Source: Candidatus Hydrogenedentota bacterium (GTDB lineage: Bacteria; Hydrogenedentota; Hydrogenedentia; Hydrogenedentales; CAITNO01). From it: DNA of 56,782 bases. The notes under the pieces were generated by a model that saw only the letters and a program-made list of their open reading frames with translations, had not been told where the DNA came from and made no database searches. The stretch spans positions 1 through 56,782 of the forward strand of contig CAIUWO010000534.1 in NCBI GenBank assembly GCA_903902895.1. Direction: 5' to 3'. This document shows, one piece after another, positions 1-9,615 of the stretch; the stretch's first letter is position 1, and every line of letters starts with the position of its first letter. A program made the position numbers and the translations under genes.

Positions 1-366
1 GTCCGCAGCCTTGTTGCCCTCCAATTTCCCCATAGCCTCGCCGACATGGTATGCACAGAAACCGGCATTGGCCCCGAACTGCGCGCCGCCGAACTGCCGC
101 GCGCCACCCAGCGAAGTCTGGCTGAATGGCTTTCCGGTGTCACGGTCCACGTCACGGATACTGAGGGCTTCAACAGGGCGATGGTTTCCGCCGGGGGCGT
201 ATCCACGCGCGAGGTGGACCCACGGACGCTTCAAAGCCGCCTCGTTCAGGGACTTTACTTTGCAGGGGAAATTCTGGATATCGACGGACCCTGCGGCGGC
301 TACAACCTGCAATGGGCCTTCTCCAGTGGAAAACTCGCAGGACAGTCCGCCGCAGCATCCCGCTGA
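1..366 (+). CDS. NAD(P)/FAD-dependent oxidoreductase, HI0933/BaiN (YhiN-like) family, C-terminal fragment; the 5' end lies outside the window
   Basis: Frame 1 is open from nt 1. The tail VSAGGVSTREVDPRTLQSRLVQGLYFAGEILDIDGPCGGYNLQWAFSSG matches the conserved C-terminus of HI0933-like flavoproteins. Confidence 0.7.
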   Translation, partial: VRSLVALQFPHSLADMVCTETGIGPELRAAELPRATQRSLAEWLSGVTVHVTDTEGFNRAMVSAGGVSTREVDPRTLQSRLVQGLYFAGEILDIDGPCGGYNLQWAFSSGKLAGQSAAASR

Positions 367-393
367 GGTACTGTTCGCCGGAATTTCAACGTC

Positions 394-1530
394 TCAGGCG
401 GGCGAAAAGAAGCGCTCGCAGGCGCTTATAATGCGGGAGGTGGCTTGGCCATCGCCGTAGGGATTGGGAATTTTCGGCCAAGGACGTTCTGGATGGTCAA
501 GAATCGCGTTGGCCGCGCTGATGATGCGTCCGGGATCGGTTCCAACAAGTTGTACGGCGCCCGACTCGACGGCCTCGGGCCGTTCCGTGGTGTCACGCAT
601 AACGAGCACGGGCTTGTGGAGACTGGGCGCCTCCTCCTGCACACCGCCGGAATCTGTGAGCAGTAGTGTGGCGTGGTCCATCAGCCCCACAAAGGGCAGG
701 TAGGACTGGGGTTCAACAAGCAGCACGTTGTCCAGTCCGGGCGCGCCAAGAATGCGGTTGACCGGCTCGCGCACATTGGGATTAAGGTGGACGGGATAGA
801 CGAACAGCGACTGGGGATGTTGCCGGGCGAGCGTCGCGATGGCTTGGCAAAGGCCCTCGAAGCCCCCGCCAAAACTCTCGCGTCGGTGGCCGGTAATAAG
901 AACCATGGGCCGGGACCACCACGCGGTGTCGGTCCGCGGGGGAAGACCGGGAATGTCGGGAGGGTTGGCGCGAACGCGGTCAACGGCCATAAGCAGGGCG
1001 TCTATAACCGTGTTGCCGGTGACGAATATGCGGCTGTCTACAATCCCCTCGCGCAGGAGGTTCTGACGGTTCGATTCTGTGGGGGCGAAATGCAGCGCCG
1101 TGATGCGCGAGGTGAGGACGCGGTTGGCCTCTTCGGGCCAGGGGGACTCCAGGTTTCCTGTGCGCAGTCCCGCCTCGACATGACCCACGGGAATGTGGTG
1201 GTAAAACGCCGCCAGGGCGGCCGAAAGCACCGTGGTTGTATCGCCCTGCACCAAAACCATGTCGGGCTTCCGCGCCCCAAGATACCCGTCAACGGCTGCT
1301 ATAGCCCGCGAAGTGAACCCGCCCAGCGTCTGGCCGGGCTGCATGAGGTCCAAGTCGGCATCGGGAACAACGCCGAAGACCTCCAACACTTGGTCCAGCA
1401 TTTGCCGGTGCTGCGCGGTGACGCAGACATGAGCCTGAAGCGTGGGATGGTCTCTCAGGGCGAGCACGACCGGACAAAGTTTTATGGCCTCGGGACGGGT
1501 GCCAAATATGATGGAGATGGTCTTTTTCAT
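394..1530 (-). CDS. wecB: UDP-N-acetylglucosamine 2-epimerase (non-hydrolysing)
   Basis: 378 aa. N-terminus IIFGTRPEAIKLCPV, plus HVEAGLRT and a full-length epimerase_2-like layout. ATG at 1530. Confidence 0.9.
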   Translation of the reverse strand: MKKTISIIFGTRPEAIKLCPVVLALRDHPTLQAHVCVTAQHRQMLDQVLEVFGVVPDADLDLMQPGQTLGGFTSRAIAAVDGYLGARKPDMVLVQGDTTTVLSAALAAFYHHIPVGHVEAGLRTGNLESPWPEEANRVLTSRITALHFAPTESNRQNLLREGIVDSRIFVTGNTVIDALLMAVDRVRANPPDIPGLPPRTDTAWWSRPMVLITGHRRESFGGGFEGLCQAIATLARQHPQSLFVYPVHLNPNVREPVNRILGAPGLDNVLLVEPQSYLPFVGLMDHATLLLTDSGGVQEEAPSLHKPVLVMRDTTERPEAVESGAVQLVGTDPGRIISAANAILDHPERPWPKIPNPYGDGQATSRIISACERFFSPA

Positions 1531-1738
1531 GACCCGATTATAGCATCATAACTGTCAGGCCGGGCAAGACCCCTGCTGCGGGCCGCACTGCACGGCCATT
1601 GACCCGAGGCAGGTTAACCATGTAACTTTAATGCCGCCGATGTTAGTGACGCCCCGCAAAGGACTTTGACTTCGCGGACAGGGCTCCTATTCTTGAATGA
1701 CACCGCCAACCACCCAAACCAAGGGAGCGTGACCCAGC

Positions 1739-2881
1739 ATGAAAGCAAACTGTTTGACCCTGACCCTGCTTCTCCTGACATTCTTCATGCCGCTTGCCCC
1801 GGCGCAAACCACCGACATGGGACAGATCTACCGCATCAAGGACGCCGAGACCCGCTCCATCAGCCCCGAGAACTTCACGGGCGAAAAGGGGAAGGGCGGC
1901 ATGGCGACACTGGAACAGGGAACGGCGGCCAAAGCCGCCCGAGAACTGGGCCAGGGATGGAAGGTGAACCCCTACATCCATATCGAGCCCGGCAAGACCT
2001 TCACCCTGGGCGAGATCACCGGTTCTGGCGTCATCAATCACATCTGGATGACGCCTGTGGGCGATTACCGTCTGATGATTCTGCGCTTCTACTGGGACGG
2101 CGAGGCCGAACCTTCCGTGGTGGCACCGGCGGGCGACTTCTTCGGTGCGGGCTGGGGCATGGGCAACGAACCGCGCATCACCTCGCTGGCCCTGTGCGTG
2201 AATCCCCGAAGCGGCCTAAACTCCTACTGGCAGATGCCTTTCCGCAAGGGTTGCCGCATCACCATGGAGAACCTGGCCGAGAAGACCGCGACCATTTACT
2301 ATCAGATTGACTATTCGCTTGAGACGGTTCCGGACAACGCGGCCTGTTTCCACGCGCAGTTCCGCCGGGTGAATCCGCTCCCCTCCAAGGAGGTTTACAC
2401 CATACTGGACGGCGTCAAGGGCACGGGCCAGTACGTCGGCACCTACCTCACACACGGCGCGAACAGCGACGGCTGGTGGGGCGAGGGCGAGATCAAGTTT
2501 TTCATGGACGGCGACACGGAATTCCCCACCATCTGCGGCACCGGCGAGGAGGACTACTTCTGCGGATCGTATGGCTACAACGAGCACAAGGAAAAGGGAA
2601 AGTGGGTGTATGAGAATTTCACCAGCCCCTATACCGGATTCCACCAAATACCCTACAAGGGTGAGCAGCGCCGCTTCGGCCAGTACCGCTGGCATATCCA
2701 GGATCCCGTCCGGTTCAAGAGTGACCTGCGCGTGACCATCCAGTCCATCGGTTGGCAGAGCGAGGGCCGCTACCTTCCCCTGCAGGACGACCTTGGATCC
2801 GTGGCCTACTGGTACCAGACGGAGCCGCACAATCCCTTCCCCGCCCTGCCTGAAAAGGATAAACTCGTCATAAAGGATTAG
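1739..2881 (+). CDS. DUF2961 / glycoside hydrolase family 172-like secreted protein
   Basis: Signal peptide MKANCLTLTLLLLTFFMPLAPAQT. Conserved DUF2961 blocks: SISPENFTGEKGKGG, INHIWMT, WGEGEIKFFMDGD, and DYFCGSYG followed by YRWHIQDP. Confidence 0.8.
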   Translation: MKANCLTLTLLLLTFFMPLAPAQTTDMGQIYRIKDAETRSISPENFTGEKGKGGMATLEQGTAAKAARELGQGWKVNPYIHIEPGKTFTLGEITGSGVINHIWMTPVGDYRLMILRFYWDGEAEPSVVAPAGDFFGAGWGMGNEPRITSLALCVNPRSGLNSYWQMPFRKGCRITMENLAEKTATIYYQIDYSLETVPDNAACFHAQFRRVNPLPSKEVYTILDGVKGTGQYVGTYLTHGANSDGWWGEGEIKFFMDGDTEFPTICGTGEEDYFCGSYGYNEHKEKGKWVYENFTSPYTGFHQIPYKGEQRRFGQYRWHIQDPVRFKSDLRVTIQSIGWQSEGRYLPLQDDLGSVAYWYQTEPHNPFPALPEKDKLVIKD

Positions 2882-2909
2882 CGCGCCGGGGATTCCCTCA
2901 TTTTGGTTC

Positions 2910-2957
2910 GGGCCGTATTCGGCAGTAATTCAGTCGAATACGGCCCTCTTCTTGTTT
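2910..2957 (+). terminator. Rho-independent terminator after the GH172-like gene
   Basis: Perfect 12-bp stem GGGCCGTATTCG (2910-2921) / CGAATACGGCCC (2935-2946), 13-nt loop, then the T-rich tract TCTTCTTGTTT. Confidence 0.7.
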
Positions 2958-3011
2958 GCAGGCCGCAAATTCAACCGACTACCGTTCCCCGGCATCGAAC
3001 AAAGAATTCTC

Positions 3012-3040
3012 TTGACCTTCTGCGTGGCTTGTGGCCTAAT
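3012..3040 (+). promoter_or_regulatory. Candidate sigma70-type promoter for the histidine kinase gene
   Basis: TTGACC (3012-3017), 17-nt spacer, CCTAAT (3035-3040). Only a partial -10 match. Confidence 0.25.
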
Positions 3041-3151
3041 ATGTACAGGTTGCGGCTCGCGAGTTATACGGATAGGCCCACAGGGGCGATGTGCCGAGCC
3101 CAAGGCAATGAGAGGAGCTTGGGGGCAACGTCTTCGGGGGTCCGTTTTCGC

Positions 3152-6100
3152 ATGCCGCGTGGGAAAAATGTCATGAGAGAGGGCAAGGGTCCGCACAAAA
3201 GGGGTATTCTGTCCGCACTGATGCTCATCATTGCGGCGGTCGTTCTCACCACTTGCGCCTTGTTTACCGCACTCCTCATAGAGTACCGGGCGCAGGATAT
3301 CCTGACACTCGTGGATGCGAGACTGCTTACCGCTGTCGAAATGACGCGGGAGATGCTGGGTACCGATTACCATGACCGCATCGTTCACGGCACTTCGGTG
3401 TCGAATGACGAATTCAACCGCATAGTTCGCAGGAATGACGAATTGTGCAGTCGGCTCGATCTTCAATACCTTTGGAGTGTCCTTCAGGTGGACGGTCGGC
3501 TGGTGTTTACCTCCGCCACCCATTCGGATTGGAAAGACCCAAAGTCGTCGTGCGCTGCTTTTTTCGAAACGCACAGCGACCCCAAATCATTTGCGCCGGC
3601 GCTGAAGTCGGAACTCACGCCCGTCTGTTCCTCTTTCCGCAACAATTGGGGAGCGGGACGGATGATTCTGTTCCCCCGCAAGGATGCCAACGGGCGCACC
3701 TACATTTTTGGTGCCAGTGTGCAGCTAACCGAACTGAACGCCATGGTTCGCAGGACGATGCTGACTTCCTGCGGAATCGGCCTTGCGGTCATGGCCGCCG
3801 CCTTTATGCTAGCGCTTTTGCTGGCGCGCAGATTCAGCGCGCCGATTGCCCGGTTGACCAAGGCCGCCGAACAAATGGCCACCGGCGACTTCGAGGTTCT
3901 TCTTGAACCCTCGGGCACCCGGGAACTCCAGTCGCTTTCCAGTGCGCTTGACCAGATGCGCAACTGGCTAAAGATGCATCTTGCGGAACTGCGCAAGAGC
4001 GAAGAGCGGCACCGGACGATTCTTCAGGCGGCGCAGGACGGCTTCGTGCTGACGGACTTGGAGGGGCGCCTGCTGGAGGTCAACGAGGCCTACTGCCGGA
4101 TGAGCGGCTACAGCGCGCGGGAACTGTTAACCATGCGCGTTCAGGATCTGGACACGGCTGAAACGGCGGGGGAACTCGCGGGCCATCTCCGGGCGGTCCC
4201 GGCCAAAGGGCAGGACTGTTTCGAGGCACGGCACCGCCGCAAGGATGAAAACGTTCTCGATCTTGAAGTAAGCGTGCAGTACCGCCCTGCGGACGGAGGC
4301 CAGTTCGTGACGTTCCTGCACGACATCAGCGAGCGCAAGCGTGCTGAAAGGCGACTGGCGGAATCCAACCAACTCCTGGCGGGCGTGCTCGAACACACAC
4401 ACATGCTGGCCGTATATCTGGATGCCCAGTTCAACTTTATCTGGGTTAATCGCGCTTACGCACTCTCCTGCAAGCACGAACCCTCCTTCTTCCCCGGCAA
4501 GAACCACTTTGACCTTTACCCCCATGACGAGAACCAGGCGATTTTCCAGCGTGTCGTGGACACGGGACTGCCCTTTTTCGTGCAGGCCAAACCTTTCGAG
4601 TATCCCGACCAGCCCGGGCGCGGCGTGACCTACTGGGACTGGAGCCTTACCCCCGTGAAGGATGCGGGCGGCTGCGTGACCGGACTGGTGTTCACCCTTG
4701 CGGAGGTGACCGACCGAATTCGAACGGAGCGCATTCTGCGCGATACAACCGAGCGTTTGGACATGGCGCAGCGCGCGGCCAGAGTCGGAATGTGGGACTG
4801 GAATGTCGTTGGGGGCAGTATCGAGTGGTCGCCGCTTATGTTCGACATCTTTGGGCTGGACAGGCTCAAATGCCCCCCGGGGTTTGATTCATGGCGCAGT
4901 GCGGTCCATCCGGAGGATCGCGACACGGCCGCGAAGCGGATCGAACAAGCCCTGGCACAGCGGGCATTGCTCGACAGCGATTATAGAATAGTGCTGCCCA
5001 ACGGGGAGATCCGGTGGATCAACGCCTCGGGAGAGGGACGCTACGACGGCAACGGACAGCCGCTGCGAATGCTTGGCATTTGCAGGGACATCACCGAACG
5101 CAAGCGCGCAGAAGAGGCGCTACGCGAGAGCGAGGGGCGTGTCCGCGCGAAACTGGACGCCATTCTCCTGCCCGAAGGCGACATCGGGGCGCTTGAACTG
5201 GGTGATCTGTTTGATGTTCCCGCCTTTCACCTAATCATGGAAGACTTCTTCCGCCTCACAGGCGTCGCCGTGGCTTTCGTGGACATACGGGGAAAGGTCC
5301 TGGTATCGGCTGGTTGGCAGGACATCTGCACGAAGTTTCACCGGGTCCATCCCGAAAGCGCCCGGCAATGCCTGGAGAGCGACACCGAACTGTCCCAGGG
5401 CGTTGAGCCGGGCACCACCAAGATGTACAAGTGCAAGAACAACCTGCGGGACGTTGTGACCCCCTTGACTGTGGGCGGCAGGCATATCGGCAATCTCTTT
5501 CTCGGGCAGTTCCTTTTTGACGACGAACCGCTGGACCGCGAGCTGTTCGTGAACCAGGCCCGGCGCTTCGGTTTTGACGAGACCGAGTACCTGGCCGCCT
5601 ATGAGCGGCTGCCGCGCGTGAGCCGAGAAGGAATCCGGACCGCGCTGAATCTGTATGCGCAGTTTGCGCAAATGGTGGTCCGCCTCAGCCACGGCAACAT
5701 CAGGCTCGCCCAAATCCTGGCAGAGCGGGAACGGTTGACGCATTCCCTGCGGGACAGCCAGGCCATGCTGCAATACGTGCTGGACAATGTTCCCCAGTCG
5801 ATCTTCTGGAAAGACCTGAACTGCGTGTACCTGGGCTGCAACCAGGTGTTCGCCGAGGCCATGGGGCTCCAGAGCCCCGCCAGCATTGTGGGCAAGACCG
5901 ATTATGACCTGCCCTGGCCGCGGGAACAGGTCGAGGCACACCGCGCCGATGACCAGAGGGTGATTTCCCTAAACGCGCCACAACTGCACTTTGTTGAAAG
6001 GGGGCTGAAGGCGGATGGCACAGCCATATGGGCAGACACCAGCAGGGTGCCACTTGTGGACGGCCGGGGCGCTGTCTACGGTGTGTTGGGCGTTTACGAT

Positions 6101-7291
6101 GATGTCACGGAACGCAAGCTGGCTGAGGAAGAACGAGAGAAGCTTCAAGAACAACTTGTTCAGGCGCAGAAGATGGAGTCGGTGGGGCATCTTGCCGGCG
6201 GAATCGCCCATGACTTCAACAACATGCTCGCCGTGATTCTGGGCCACGCGGAAGTGGCCCTCGGAAGGACCGATAAAACGCAGTCCATTCATGAGGACCT
6301 GGAGGAAATCCGCATGGCCGCGGAGCGTTCCGCCAATCTGACGCGGCAGTTGCTGACCTTCGCCCGCAGGCAGACGGTGGCGCCAAAGGTGATCGACCTG
6401 AACCAGGCCATTGAAGGCACGCTAAAGATGCTTCAGCGGACGATGGGCGAGAATATCAACATCGCCCTGAAGCTCGAATCCGGCCTCTGGAAGGTCAGGG
6501 TAGACCCTTCCCAGATTGACCAGATCCTGGCCAATCTTTGCATCAATGCGCGCGATGCCATCGCCGGGGTGGGCAACGTCATCATTGAGACTGGAAACAG
6601 AAAGTTCACCCGGGAATACTGTGCCGCACACCCGGACTGCATGCCGGGGGATTACGTGCAGCTTGCCGTCGGCGACGACGGCTGCGGCATGAACAAGGAA
6701 ATCCTCTCACGTATGTTCGAGCCGTTCTTCACGACCAAGGGGCTCGGAAGGGGCACCGGACTTGGCCTTGCCAGCGTGTACGGCGCGGTCAAGCAGAACC
6801 GGGGCGCCATTGAAGTCAGCAGCGAACCCGGTAAAGGAACGACGATTGAAGTGTTTCTGCCGCGGCACATGGATGATGCGGATGACGTTTCCGGGAAATG
6901 CGCGCCCGAACCGGCAAAGCGCGGCCATGAGACCATCCTCCTGGTGGAGGACGATGAGGCGCTGCTCAAGCTGACGGCAAAATTGCTGACAACGCTTGGC
7001 TACACCGTGCTGAGCACGGGTTGCACTGAGAAGGCTCTCGATCTTGCAAATGCGCACGGGCAGGCGATTCAATTGCTCCTCTCCGACGTGGTCATGCCCC
7101 GGATGAACGGCCGGGACCTTGCGGACGCTGTCCGTCCAGTCTGCCTACATGGCAAGGTTCTGTTCATGTCAGGCTATCCAGCCGACGTTATTGCGCCCTA
7201 CGGCATCCTCGATGAGGGTGTGCATTTAATTCACAAGCCCTTCACAATTGACGCCCTCGCCGCCAAAGTCCGTGAAGTGCTCGACAATTAG
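3152..7291 (+). CDS. Hybrid sensor histidine kinase: Cache-like periplasmic domain, HAMP, multiple PAS/PAC, a PocR-type sensor block, HisKA, HATPase_c, receiver
   Basis: TM1 LSALMLIIAAVVLTTCALFTALLI, then ~160 aa extracytoplasmic, then TM2. HAMP (APIARLTKAAEQMATGDF), four PAS-like blocks, and a PocR-like block at about 5225-5535 (FFRLTGVAVAFVDIRG...MYKCKNNLRDVVTPLTVGGRHIGNLFLGQF). H-box GGIAHDFNNML, G-box GRGTGLGLASV, receiver ILLVEDDE...LLLSDVVMPRMNG. The track start at 2903 is rejected because the 2910-2957 terminator lies inside it. ATG 3152 (or 3173) precedes TM1. Confidence 0.9.
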   Translation: MPRGKNVMREGKGPHKRGILSALMLIIAAVVLTTCALFTALLIEYRAQDILTLVDARLLTAVEMTREMLGTDYHDRIVHGTSVSNDEFNRIVRRNDELCSRLDLQYLWSVLQVDGRLVFTSATHSDWKDPKSSCAAFFETHSDPKSFAPALKSELTPVCSSFRNNWGAGRMILFPRKDANGRTYIFGASVQLTELNAMVRRTMLTSCGIGLAVMAAAFMLALLLARRFSAPIARLTKAAEQMATGDFEVLLEPSGTRELQSLSSALDQMRNWLKMHLAELRKSEERHRTILQAAQDGFVLTDLEGRLLEVNEAYCRMSGYSARELLTMRVQDLDTAETAGELAGHLRAVPAKGQDCFEARHRRKDENVLDLEVSVQYRPADGGQFVTFLHDISERKRAERRLAESNQLLAGVLEHTHMLAVYLDAQFNFIWVNRAYALSCKHEPSFFPGKNHFDLYPHDENQAIFQRVVDTGLPFFVQAKPFEYPDQPGRGVTYWDWSLTPVKDAGGCVTGLVFTLAEVTDRIRTERILRDTTERLDMAQRAARVGMWDWNVVGGSIEWSPLMFDIFGLDRLKCPPGFDSWRSAVHPEDRDTAAKRIEQALAQRALLDSDYRIVLPNGEIRWINASGEGRYDGNGQPLRMLGICRDITERKRAEEALRESEGRVRAKLDAILLPEGDIGALELGDLFDVPAFHLIMEDFFRLTGVAVAFVDIRGKVLVSAGWQDICTKFHRVHPESARQCLESDTELSQGVEPGTTKMYKCKNNLRDVVTPLTVGGRHIGNLFLGQFLFDDEPLDRELFVNQARRFGFDETEYLAAYERLPRVSREGIRTALNLYAQFAQMVVRLSHGNIRLAQILAERERLTHSLRDSQAMLQYVLDNVPQSIFWKDLNCVYLGCNQVFAEAMGLQSPASIVGKTDYDLPWPREQVEAHRADDQRVISLNAPQLHFVERGLKADGTAIWADTSRVPLVDGRGAVYGVLGVYDDVTERKLAEEEREKLQEQLVQAQKMESVGHLAGGIAHDFNNMLAVILGHAEVALGRTDKTQSIHEDLEEIRMAAERSANLTRQLLTFARRQTVAPKVIDLNQAIEGTLKMLQRTMGENINIALKLESGLWKVRVDPSQIDQILANLCINARDAIAGVGNVIIETGNRKFTREYCAAHPDCMPGDYVQLAVGDDGCGMNKEILSRMFEPFFTTKGLGRGTGLGLASVYGAVKQNRGAIEVSSEPGKGTTIEVFLPRHMDDADDVSGKCAPEPAKRGHETILLVEDDEALLKLTAKLLTTLGYTVLSTGCTEKALDLANAHGQAIQLLLSDVVMPRMNGRDLADAVRPVCLHGKVLFMSGYPADVIAPYGILDEGVHLIHKPFTIDALAAKVREVLDN

Positions 7292-7459
7292 CGCCCCTGT
7301 GGTCCGACTGAACATGCCCGGCCACCGTCGGCGCGTCGCAAATGGCCGGCGAACGGAGTCGAACCAGCTTGCGGCCCCGCACCGAACAACCAAGGCAGCG
7401 CAGCCACATTCGGACATTCGGCTGACAAGGCGCACATCCGGACTCCGCGCACACTCAGC

Positions 7460-8713
7460 TCAAGTGACAGCAGCCATAACCCTGTTGGTCACCCCGTTGC
7501 GCACGCGCGTGGTGGTTGCTGCGTCTGCCGGGGACCCCGTTGTGAGAAAGACCAGGGCTACATCGTTGGCGGGGTCGGCAAGGCCGATGACTGTGTCTAT
7601 CCCGGCATGCCCGAAGGTCTCAGGGGAGGCCACGTTGCCGAAACCAAACCAGCCCTCGTTTGTGGCGCCGCGCAACAGCCAGCCAAGCCCCCAGTACTCG
7701 TGGTTTGGATTCTGACCCGCAGCCAAGGCCACATCGATTTCCCGCTGATACTGCACCCGGTGCATCTCATTGAAGGCATCCGGCTGGATAAGGGTTTTGC
7801 CGTTCCACACCCCCCGGTTCAGGTGGAGGTTGAGCAGTCTGAGCATATCGTCGGTCTGCGCGAATGCGCCCCCGGAAGGATGACCCAGAAAAGCGAAATG
7901 CGCGGCGTCCACCAGGCAGGGAAACGACTTCGGCACGGGCGTTATCGCAATCGGCCTGCCGACGCAGGGAACCCCGAAGGTGAATCCGGCACCCAAGGGC
8001 TGGAACAGGCGTTCACGGCAGATGTCGTTCCAGGGCCTGCCATCAGACACCCGGCGCACAATCTCGGCGGCTAGCAGCATGCCGCTTACGGCGTGATAGC
8101 CCGTACGTGTTCCCGGTTCCCACTCAACCTCCATCGCGCACAGACGGGCAATGGCCGTTTTCCACTGCTCCTCCGTGCCGACCGGGTCGGAGGGTGCCTT
8201 GGTGAGTCCGGCCGCGTGGGTAAGCAGGTGGCGGACGGTGATGCGCTCCTTACCGCCCCCCACAAATTCCGGGATGTATTTGCAGACGGGCTCGTCGTAC
8301 TCCAGCAGTCCGTCCTGATGGGCCATGACAACAACTGTGGCCGTAATGACTTTGGAAAAGGAATACATCATGTTATAAACCGACCCGTCGTAGGGCATGT
8401 CCGCCCGTTCCGGTCCCGCGCAGGTGCCCCAGTACTTTTCCAGGAACTTGCGCCCGCCGCGCGTTGCCACGAGGGCCGCGCCGGGAAAAGTATTGGCGTC
8501 CCATTCCTGCGTGACGAATTCCACGGCTCGCTGCAGCGCTTCCGGCGAAACACCCACCTGTTCGGGTTCCACAGGGGCAAGGACCTCCCTGGGCGGGAGA
8601 CAAACGTCCCTCCCACCCTCCCCGAGAACACAACTGATAAATCCGCAACCAATGGCGCCTGCCGCCGCGGTCTTTATGAACTCCCTTCGGTTTAGCACGG
8701 TGCCGTTTTGCAT
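7460..8713 (-). CDS. Serine hydrolase, beta-lactamase / PBP4-like (class C fold) family, with a Tat signal
   Basis: Twin-arginine signal NRREFIKTAAAGAIGCG. SxxK motif SFSK inside MMYSFSKVITATVV. Start moved to ATG 8713 (MQNGTVLNRREF), directly ahead of the Tat motif. Confidence 0.8.
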   Translation of the reverse strand: MQNGTVLNRREFIKTAAAGAIGCGFISCVLGEGGRDVCLPPREVLAPVEPEQVGVSPEALQRAVEFVTQEWDANTFPGAALVATRGGRKFLEKYWGTCAGPERADMPYDGSVYNMMYSFSKVITATVVVMAHQDGLLEYDEPVCKYIPEFVGGGKERITVRHLLTHAAGLTKAPSDPVGTEEQWKTAIARLCAMEVEWEPGTRTGYHAVSGMLLAAEIVRRVSDGRPWNDICRERLFQPLGAGFTFGVPCVGRPIAITPVPKSFPCLVDAAHFAFLGHPSGGAFAQTDDMLRLLNLHLNRGVWNGKTLIQPDAFNEMHRVQYQREIDVALAAGQNPNHEYWGLGWLLRGATNEGWFGFGNVASPETFGHAGIDTVIGLADPANDVALVFLTTGSPADAATTTRVRNGVTNRVMAAVT

Positions 8714-8842
8714 GGTCCCATACTCTCCTCGCTGCGGCGATGCCGCGTGATTGTCCAAGTCCGAAGCATAAGACACGATGCCGGCCGCCGGAGTCAACAA
8801 CGGCAAATACGCCCATGGCATGCAGCATCGGCGCCTCTGTGA

Positions 8843-9580
8843 TTACCTGCCGCAACGAAGGTATTTGGCGCGTGTCGGTTCCGCGAAGCGCTCAATGGCG
8901 TAGCGCAGCGCTGTGCGTGGCAGGCGTGCCGCGTGCAGGTCCAAGAACGCCTCCAGAACCTGCTGGTCGCGCTTTCCCACCTCGCGCAGCATCCACCCGA
9001 CCGCCTTGTGCATCAGGTCGTGCGCTTCCCTGTCATCCACAAGCAGTCGCTGGGCCAAGGACAGCGTCTCGGAGAAACGCCCCGCCCTGACAAAGGCAAA
9101 CGAAGCCAGCACGGCCACGCGGCGCGTCCAAAGGTGATCGCTCCCGGCAAGCGTGAACAGCAGCGCGGAGTCTTTACCGAGCAAATGCGCCCCAACGATG
9201 TTCGGCGCGCTCAGGTCAACCAGGTCCCAGTTGTTGACGCACTTCAGATTCTTGAGATAGAAGCCGTAAATGCGCTCCCTGTCTTTGTCCCCGCTTCTAT
9301 TGTACAGGCCCACAAGAATGAGGAGCGCTGTCAGCCGTTCCTCATGATAGGCACTTCCCAACAGCGTGAGAACCTCCGCAAGGGTTTCCCGGCAGGTAAG
9401 CGCCTCAGTTCCGGCCAGAAAGCTCTTCGCGATCTTTCTCTGCTCCGGCACCATCACCCCCAGAAACAGGTCCCCCTCGCCATACTCTCCCCTGCCCGTC
9501 TTGAAGAAACGCGCCAGCACCAGCGCTTTTTCCGGACTTGCCGCACGCCGCAATTCCGCGACCACATCAGATGCATTCAT
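8843..9580 (-). CDS. DNA alkylation repair protein (AlkD-like HEAT-repeat family)
   Basis: MNASDVVAELRRAASPEKALVLARFFKTGRGEYGEGDLFLGVMVPEQRKIAK is the typical N-terminus of the DNA_alkylation family. The upstream part of the track ORF overlaps the preceding gene and is Arg-rich. Confidence 0.75.
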   Translation of the reverse strand: MNASDVVAELRRAASPEKALVLARFFKTGRGEYGEGDLFLGVMVPEQRKIAKSFLAGTEALTCRETLAEVLTLLGSAYHEERLTALLILVGLYNRSGDKDRERIYGFYLKNLKCVNNWDLVDLSAPNIVGAHLLGKDSALLFTLAGSDHLWTRRVAVLASFAFVRAGRFSETLSLAQRLLVDDREAHDLMHKAVGWMLREVGKRDQQVLEAFLDLHAARLPRTALRYAIERFAEPTRAKYLRCGR

Positions 9581-9615
9581 CGTGCCTCTCTCTTTTGACT
9601 TCCCGGCCGATCGAA

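Noticed and set aside
2903-3151. N-terminal extensions given by the ORF track for many genes (for example the kinase from 2903, and 8821, 9898, 13351, 26350, 27557, 28402, 38309, 43691, 48099, 49653).
   Set aside because: The extensions are Arg/Pro-rich, overlap upstream genes or terminators, and precede internal starts that have Shine-Dalgarno sequences followed directly by signal peptides or conserved N-termini. The starts were therefore moved downstream.
7342-7448. tRNA-like signal on the minus strand in the convergent spacer between the kinase and beta-lactamase-family genes. It contains GGTTCGACTCC (T-loop-like), ends ...GCCGGCCA, and has a GGGGCCGC.AGC stretch reminiscent of the tRNA-Sec variable arm.
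   Set aside because: I could not complete a cloverleaf. The T-stem would have only 3 good pairs, and no 5' strand complements the putative acceptor end. The alternative pairing CGGAGTC/GACTCCG leaves no 7-nt anticodon loop and no canonical D arm. It needs tRNAscan-SE, ARAGORN or Infernal before any call.
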